From NCBI GenBank assembly GCA_049969675.1, contig JBMFOP010000040.1, positions 14,502-27,398 of the forward strand: a stretch of DNA of 12,897 nt, written 5' to 3'. This document shows positions 7,741-12,897 of this stretch, in pieces (the first letter of the stretch is position 1; each line of letters begins with the position of its first letter). Position numbers and translations under genes: made by a program. The notes below the pieces were generated by a model. The model did not search any database. It saw nothing but the letters and a program-made list of their open reading frames with translations, and had not been told where the DNA came from. The DNA is from Myxococcota bacterium. Its GTDB lineage: Bacteria > Myxococcota > SpSt-1050.

Positions 7741-8130
7741 ATGGCTAAACCGATATTTTTGATAGAAGATGACATAGACCATGCGGAGCTAATCACCACC
7801 TTCTTAAAGGTCGGTGGTATAGAAGATGAGATTCTCTGGTTTAAGGATGCAGAGAGCACCATTGAAAAAATCAAGGAAATAATTTCCAATCGGCTGGATG
7901 TCCCAGAAATTATAATAATTGATTTGAAGCTTCCGAGGATGGATGGTTTTCAATTGATTTCATATATAAGAAATATTGACATACTCTCAAAAGTACCTAT
8001 TATTGTAATATCGTCTTCTTCACAGCCCTCGGACATTACAAAGGCATTTGAATCCGGGGCAGAGGAGTTTATAAACAAATTGGCAGAGATAGATTCACTT
8101 GCTATGAAGGTTAAAAGGTTGATAAAATGA
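7741..8130 (+). CDS. Stand-alone receiver-domain response regulator (Rcp1/CheY-like)
   Basis: MAKPIFLIEDDIDHAELI..IIIIDLKLPRMDG..VPIIVISSS..DITKAFESGA..FINK: acidic pocket, phosphoacceptor Asp, Ser and Lys are all present. ATG 7741 (purine-rich agagaaggg upstream) is preferred over TTG 7678, which coincides with a TTGCAA -35-like hexamer. Confidence 0.9.
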   Translation: MAKPIFLIEDDIDHAELITTFLKVGGIEDEILWFKDAESTIEKIKEIISNRLDVPEIIIIDLKLPRMDGFQLISYIRNIDILSKVPIIVISSSSQPSDITKAFESGAEEFINKLAEIDSLAMKVKRLIK

Positions 8131-8324
8131 TGGAGTTATTGACAGACACCAACGGGTTGGTCTTGTTCTTAGTGGCTCTGGCTCATCTAATTTACCTCTT
8201 CTTTTCAGGTAGCAAATCAATTATGAGGTATATTGATATAGTGGCTTTACTTTTTGGCATAGCCCTCTGGCAATACCCCGAAAAGATTCATGCAATAATA
8301 AAAGTAATTTTCAACAAGTATTAA
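8127..8324 (+). CDS. Small hypothetical membrane protein (65 aa, two hydrophobic segments)
   Basis: ATGA overlap with the response-regulator stop; hydrophobic stretches GLVLFLVALAHLIYLFFSG and IDIVALLFGIALWQY. Confidence 0.6.
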   Translation: MMELLTDTNGLVLFLVALAHLIYLFFSGSKSIMRYIDIVALLFGIALWQYPEKIHAIIKVIFNKY

Positions 8325-8389
8325 GAGATAATGTCTACCCTCATAGTCATTTCAAATATACTAAATTAAATGAAGTTTTCCCTTAATGT

Positions 8390-8417
8390 TTGAAAATTTC
8401 AATTTTTGTGATATAAG
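8390..8417 (+). promoter_or_regulatory. Putative promoter of the glgD-like/glgC pair
   Basis: TTGAAA-N16-TATAAG with a TG extension; ATG is only 9 nt downstream and there is no SD. Confidence 0.45.
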
Positions 8418-8426
8418 AATCCTGCT

Positions 8427-9680
8427 ATGAAGAAAGATATCATTGCAATGGTGCTTGCTGGCGGCAGAGTGAATGAACTCTCCGTTCTGACTGCAAAGAG
8501 ACCAAAGGCATCGCTACCAATCTGGGGTATGTATAGAATAATAGATTTTGCCCTTTCAAATCTAATGAACAGTGGTATTGATATTGTAGGAGTACTATCT
8601 CAATACAAACCTTACTCACTGATCAGTCATATCCAGAGCGGCTCTCACTGGGACTTTATTGGGAGGGGGAGAGAAGTCAGAATCCTCAGCCCATTCAAGG
8701 GAAATTCAGATTCAGACTGGTACAAAGGGACGGCGGATGCGATATACCAGAACCTGAATTTTATTGAGCATTATGAATGCGAGGATGTGCTTATTCTCTC
8801 TGGGGACCATATCTATTCAATGGATTATAGAAAGGTACTTAAATTCCATAAAGAGAAGAAGGCTGACCTCACGATAGTATTCAAGAAGGTACCAATAGAA
8901 GAGGCTCACCGATTCGGAATTGCAAAAATAGATGACTCAAATAGGGTGATAAACTACACAGAGAAACCTCAAAATCCAGAGTCTGACCTTGCATCTCTAA
9001 CGATTTATATTTTCAAAAGAGATATACTCAAAGAACTGGTAACCTATAATGCACACTATGGGAAATCATATCAGATATACAGTGAGGTAATCCCATATAT
9101 GCTTGAGAAAAATTACAGAGTATATGGATATATATTTGAAGGTTACTGGCAGTATGCCCGTACAATTGAGGAATATTACAATACAAACTTTGATATTCTC
9201 AATAGAGACAGTCTCACGATACTTGAGAGTATGAATATCAGAACCAATCTGAACTACTTTGAATACTCAGATCTGCCACCTACATTTACCTCAAATGGTT
9301 CAAAGGTAATAAATTCTATAATCTCTCCGGGTGTGAAGGTATATGGAGAGATTAAAAATTCTATTATCTCGCCTGGTGTTATTATAGAAAAAGGTGCAAT
9401 TGTAAAAGATAGTATAATATTTAGCTCAACATATATCGGCAAAGGGAGTATTGTAACAAATTCTATTCTGGATAAAAATATTTATATAGGAGCAGAATCA
9501 AAGATTGGAGAAGAGAGAACATCTGAGAAGATTCCTATTACAATTATTGGGAAGGGGTCCAGAATTCCGGCACAGACCGAGATAAAGGGAGGCTGTATTA
9601 TAAGTCCGGATTTAAAAGAGGAAGATTTCACCTCAAGGGTCATAGAGAGAGGGAGTGAATTTAGAGGTAAGTCGGTATGA
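8427..9680 (+). CDS. ADP-glucose pyrophosphorylase family protein, degenerate (GlgD-like, probably regulatory) subunit
   Basis: 417 aa GlgC fold (YRIIDFALSN, WYKGTADAIYQN, ILSGDHIYSMDY, EKP, C-terminal hexapeptide beta-helix). The GGxGxRL loop is changed to GGRVNEL, RAKPAVPFGG to RPKASLPIWG, and YWRDVGT to YWQYART. Confidence 0.85.
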   Translation: MKKDIIAMVLAGGRVNELSVLTAKRPKASLPIWGMYRIIDFALSNLMNSGIDIVGVLSQYKPYSLISHIQSGSHWDFIGRGREVRILSPFKGNSDSDWYKGTADAIYQNLNFIEHYECEDVLILSGDHIYSMDYRKVLKFHKEKKADLTIVFKKVPIEEAHRFGIAKIDDSNRVINYTEKPQNPESDLASLTIYIFKRDILKELVTYNAHYGKSYQIYSEVIPYMLEKNYRVYGYIFEGYWQYARTIEEYYNTNFDILNRDSLTILESMNIRTNLNYFEYSDLPPTFTSNGSKVINSIISPGVKVYGEIKNSIISPGVIIEKGAIVKDSIIFSSTYIGKGSIVTNSILDKNIYIGAESKIGEERTSEKIPITIIGKGSRIPAQTEIKGGCIISPDLKEEDFTSRVIERGSEFRGKSV

Positions 9681-10954
9681 GAAATTCAAGAGATACCCTT
9701 GTAATGTTACTCGCTGGAGGAGTTGGCTCCAGACTCAACATACTTGCAACCAAGAGGGCTAAACCCGCAGTCCCATTTGGCGGGATGTATAGAATCATAG
9801 ACTTTACTTTGAGCAATATTATGCACTCGGATCTGGAGATGGTAGGAGTTCTTACCCAATATAAACCGCTCTCATTGATGGACCATATTGGAAATGGTGA
9901 ACACTGGAATCTATACGGCAGAAAGAGGGGAATAAAGATATTGCCACCTCACACTGGAGAGGCAGATTCAGACTGGTATAAAGGGACAGCCGATGCAGTA
10001 TACCAGAATATTCCATTTATGGAAAATTATAAGCCCGAGAAGGTGCTCATCTTATCAGGAGACCACATTTACAAAATGGATTACGAGGCGATGCTTGCAT
10101 TCCACGAAAAGAAGGAGGCGGACCTTACAATCGCCGCAATGCCAGTCCCAATTGAAGAGGCGCATAGATTCGGGGTTATGATAATCAACGAGGCAGATGA
10201 GATTATAGAATTTCAGGAGAAGGTCAAAAATCCAAAATCCAATCTTGCATCTATGGGAATATATATATTCAACTACAGGACCCTATGTGAGGAGCTCAGA
10301 AATATCGTTGGAACAAAGAAGGGGTTTGATTTTGGAAAGGATATAATACCTTCAATGCTCGGCAGATATAAACTTCTCTGTTTTAAGTTTAATGATTACT
10401 GGAGAGATGTAGGGACACTGGACTCATATCACAGCGCCAATATGGACTGTCTGAATCCAGAGTCTGGACTGGACCTATATAATTGGAGGCTATGCACAAA
10501 TCCAAATGAGGAGAGGATTGGTGATAAACCTCCTTCACTATTTGGCGAATATTCCATCGCTGAAAATTCGCTCATATCCCGTGGTTGCAGGATTGAAGGA
10601 GAGGTAACAAATTCAGTGCTATCTCCGGGAGTAAAGATATTAAAAGGCGCAAAGGTGAGCAATTCTGTAATCTTCTCAAATGTGGTGATTGAGTCTGGAA
10701 GCACAATAGATTATTGCATAATTGATAAGAATGTCCAGATTGGAACTGACTGTCACATCGGCGAAGGCGAAAATATACCAAACAGACAATTTCCACTTCA
10801 TCTCTCCTGTGGGTTAACTGTAATCGGAAAGAATGCCATAATCCCGGATGAAAGCAGAATTGGGAAGAATTGTATCATATATCCGGAGGTAATACTTAAT
10901 AGTAATCAGACCGGTGGCCGAATAAATTCTGGAGAGACAGTGATTTTTGCTTGA
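9677..10954 (+). CDS. glgC: Glucose-1-phosphate adenylyltransferase (ADP-glucose pyrophosphorylase), catalytic subunit
   Basis: 425 aa; LAGGVGSRL, RAKPAVPFGG, WYKGTADAVYQN, LSGDHIYKMDY, FQEK, ASMGIYIF, DFGKDIIP and YWRDVGT are intact; ATGA overlap with the upstream paralog; GAGGT SD. Confidence 0.95.
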   Translation: MRNSRDTLVMLLAGGVGSRLNILATKRAKPAVPFGGMYRIIDFTLSNIMHSDLEMVGVLTQYKPLSLMDHIGNGEHWNLYGRKRGIKILPPHTGEADSDWYKGTADAVYQNIPFMENYKPEKVLILSGDHIYKMDYEAMLAFHEKKEADLTIAAMPVPIEEAHRFGVMIINEADEIIEFQEKVKNPKSNLASMGIYIFNYRTLCEELRNIVGTKKGFDFGKDIIPSMLGRYKLLCFKFNDYWRDVGTLDSYHSANMDCLNPESGLDLYNWRLCTNPNEERIGDKPPSLFGEYSIAENSLISRGCRIEGEVTNSVLSPGVKILKGAKVSNSVIFSNVVIESGSTIDYCIIDKNVQIGTDCHIGEGENIPNRQFPLHLSCGLTVIGKNAIIPDESRIGKNCIIYPEVILNSNQTGGRINSGETVIFA

Positions 10955-10981
10955 CTTAGTTGCATAATAATAAGTATTATG
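10951..10981 (+). promoter_or_regulatory. Sigma70-like promoter (TTGACT-N18-TATTAT) overlapped by a 7-5-7 palindrome CATAATA-ATAAG-TATTATG (Fur-family-like operator)
   Basis: The -35 hexamer overlaps the glgC stop codon. The palindrome at 10963-10981 matches 14/19 positions of the E. coli Fur box GATAATGATAATCATTATC. SD AAGGAG at 11001-11006. Confidence 0.55.
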
Positions 10982-11012
10982 AACCTGCTATGTTTTACAT
11001 AAGGAGTTATAT

Positions 11013-11975
11013 ATGAAAAAGTTCTTCTTGCTCAATATCCTATCTTTAGTATTCATTTTATATACCTGCGGACACGATAGGACAAACCCCTGCGACCCAA
11101 AGAGCGACAACTACAACTTTGATTGGTCCACATTTCAGAAATATTCCGATATGGCTTGGGTAAAAATCCCGAGAGGAAATACCTGTGGTTATCTGATAGA
11201 TAAGTTTGAAAACTCCCTCTCAGATGCATCAAGTGAATCTCCGGGTATAGACCAGAACAAGGCCCCCAAATCTGTTGCAAGCCTGATGCCAACTGGATGT
11301 ATCACTTTTGAAAAGGCGAAAGAACTCTGTAAAAAGGCAGATAAGAGAATATGCAAGAAGAGTGAATGGCTCAATGCCTGCAAAGGGGGATTCTATGATG
11401 ACCCGACCAGTAAAAAACTAAAGAATGATGAAATATACGGCGTCTATGCTATAGAATATCAATTCCCATATACAAAGGCATCTCTTGAAGAGATAAGACC
11501 TATAACTGACAAATATATCCCCGGGGTCTGCAACGACCTGAGTTACGCAAAGAAGAAGAATCTCTACAATCCATCCGATACAGCATCATATTCCTGTGAT
11601 AAAAAGGATAAGAGAAAGATAGCAACCACACCAGCAGGTTCACTATACGGCGAAGGAACTACCCCGGGGTGCTGGGTCTCGAGGACATTCAGCATAAGAG
11701 GAGAGAACAGTTTTGGTCTACCAGAAGGGACATATTCTTACATTGAAATCTTTGATACAAAGAACACACCCTATGTCGGTATCTTTGATATGTCCGGGAA
11801 TCTCTACGAATGGGTTGAAGATGATGACGGCAAAGGGGTTGCCATAGGTGGTTCATACAATTCAGATAAAGAGTCACAACTCAGATGTGACGAGTCCTCA
11901 ATAGATAAGACCAGAGACCCATCAAAGGCATACCCGGATGTAGGATTCAGATGCTGTAGAGATATTGATATGTAA
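11013..11975 (+). CDS. FGE-sulfatase (SUMF1/EgtB/PvdO-family, CLec-like fold) domain lipoprotein
   Basis: 320 aa; signal MKKFFLLNILSLVFILYT-C followed by RTNPCDP; family motifs WVKIPRG, YLIDKFE, AKELC..KRICKKSEWLNACKG, FPY, GIFDMSGNLYEWV, GGSY, VGFRCC. Confidence 0.85.
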   Translation: MKKFFLLNILSLVFILYTCGHDRTNPCDPKSDNYNFDWSTFQKYSDMAWVKIPRGNTCGYLIDKFENSLSDASSESPGIDQNKAPKSVASLMPTGCITFEKAKELCKKADKRICKKSEWLNACKGGFYDDPTSKKLKNDEIYGVYAIEYQFPYTKASLEEIRPITDKYIPGVCNDLSYAKKKNLYNPSDTASYSCDKKDKRKIATTPAGSLYGEGTTPGCWVSRTFSIRGENSFGLPEGTYSYIEIFDTKNTPYVGIFDMSGNLYEWVEDDDGKGVAIGGSYNSDKESQLRCDESSIDKTRDPSKAYPDVGFRCCRDIDM

Positions 11976-11993
11976 TAAAGGAGAGAATCAAAT

Positions 11994-12716
11994 ATGAAGA
12001 GAATATTTCTTTTAGTAACATTTATCCTCTTTTCATTCAATTTACATTCTCAGATAATTCAGGGGGCCACTGGCAATATAAATATTCAATCAGAGCCGAA
12101 AGGTGCAGAGGTCTATCTTGACGGTACATTTATGGGGAACACTCCACTTGCCCTTAAAGACATTGACGCTGGTGAACATGTAATAAAGGTTTCAAAGGCG
12201 GGATATGTAGATGCAGAGACCACAATTACACTCAACCCTAAAGAGAATAGAAATGTAAAGGTCATCTTAGAAGAGACTCCAGAGACACGTGAGAAGAGAC
12301 TAAAATACCAGAGTGCACTTGATAGATATGAGGCAAATATGGAAGAATACAGACAGATAAGCAAGCCAAAGAAGATATGGGGATTCTCCCTTTTAGGGGC
12401 TGGCATTGCATCTGGAGTGGCAGCAACAGTCTTCTATATAATTGGAATTAAAGATGCCTCAAACTCCTATGATGAATATAAAAACTCCGTCCTTTATAAT
12501 GATATAAACAATAAATTTAATGGTGTTAAAGATGGCGAATCCCTCGTGACTATGGGACATATATTTACCGGCGCCACGGTCCTGCTTGTTGGGGCAAGCC
12601 TATATCAGTTTTTTACTATACCTAAGAAGCCAGTTGAACCCAAACCATTTACATTCAATACTACCCCGAATATCAGTAAAGATTCGTTGGTATTAAATAT
12701 ATCCACCACATTTTGA
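11994..12716 (+). CDS. PEGA domain-containing exported/membrane protein
   Basis: 240 aa; Sec-type signal peptide; PEGA motif GNINIQSEPKGAEVYLDG..GNTPL..GEHVIKVSKAGY; charged helical linker; two Gly/Ala-rich hydrophobic segments; C-terminal Phe; SD AAGGAG at 11978-11983. Confidence 0.88.
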   Translation: MKRIFLLVTFILFSFNLHSQIIQGATGNINIQSEPKGAEVYLDGTFMGNTPLALKDIDAGEHVIKVSKAGYVDAETTITLNPKENRNVKVILEETPETREKRLKYQSALDRYEANMEEYRQISKPKKIWGFSLLGAGIASGVAATVFYIIGIKDASNSYDEYKNSVLYNDINNKFNGVKDGESLVTMGHIFTGATVLLVGASLYQFFTIPKKPVEPKPFTFNTTPNISKDSLVLNISTTF

Positions 12717-12827
12717 AAATACTCCATCTCAACTCCATTCATCCTCTGGAAGCAGAACAATAGAGAGAATTTCTATGAAAATATCATTCGGATATTCTGT
12801 GATAGGGTTTATATTGGAAGATTGCGT

Positions 12828-12856
12828 TTGACTTCTGATTAGCATTATGCAATATT
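12828..12856 (+). promoter_or_regulatory. Putative promoter for the gene starting at 12880
   Basis: TTGACT-N17-AATATT with a TG extension; SD GAGGT at 12869-12873. Confidence 0.35.
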
Positions 12857-12879
12857 TGAAATAGTTTAGAGGTAAATAG

Positions 12880-12897
12880 ATGAAGAAACTCCCTATT
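12880..12897 (+). CDS. 5' fragment of the next gene (MKKLPI...), possibly another exported protein
   Basis: ATG 6 nt after GAGGT; MKK start like the neighbouring exported proteins; truncated by the window edge. Confidence 0.55.

Noticed and set aside
10956..10987. dif/Xer site-like sequence (GCATAA...TTATG)
   Set aside because: The spacing does not fit 11-6-11 with a good XerC arm, and the XerD arm lacks TTAAAT; better explained as a promoter plus operator.
11845..11960. Diversity-generating retroelement variable region in the FGE/CLec-fold protein
   Set aside because: No template repeat with adenine-specific mismatches and no reverse transcriptase in the window; a remote DGR cannot be excluded.
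9254..12406. Short ORFs inside the glg, FGE and PEGA genes (9254, 9993, 10429, 10572, 11053, 11189, 11689, 11804, 12113)
   Set aside because: They overlap well-supported genes in other frames or strands and have no independent evidence.

Overview
AT-rich bacterial chromosomal window, probably from an uncultured diderm with myxobacterial/deltaproteobacterial-type surface proteins (inference). 1..2726 (-) is a >908-aa ORF missing from the supplied ORF track because it runs off the left edge. I translated it by hand: lipoprotein-type signal, two short Cys repeats, four ASH/choice-of-anchor-D-like Ig domains, and a tandem array of 8-Cys Stig1-like repeats alternating long/short. A 645-bp noncoding gap follows, then the conserved leuS-lptE-holA operon (-). 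On the + strand: an orphan single-domain response regulator coupled to a small 2-TM protein; two ADP-glucose pyrophosphorylase paralogs (a degenerate GlgD-like copy before an intact GlgC); an FGE-sulfatase-fold lipoprotein with a PEGA-domain membrane protein, preceded by a Fur-box-like palindrome over their promoter; and the start of another gene. No rRNA, tRNA, CRISPR array, transposase or integrase was seen. The best leads are the apparently independently derived GlgD-like/GlgC pair, the possibly metal-regulated FGE-lipoprotein/PEGA module, and the large disulfide-rich surface protein.
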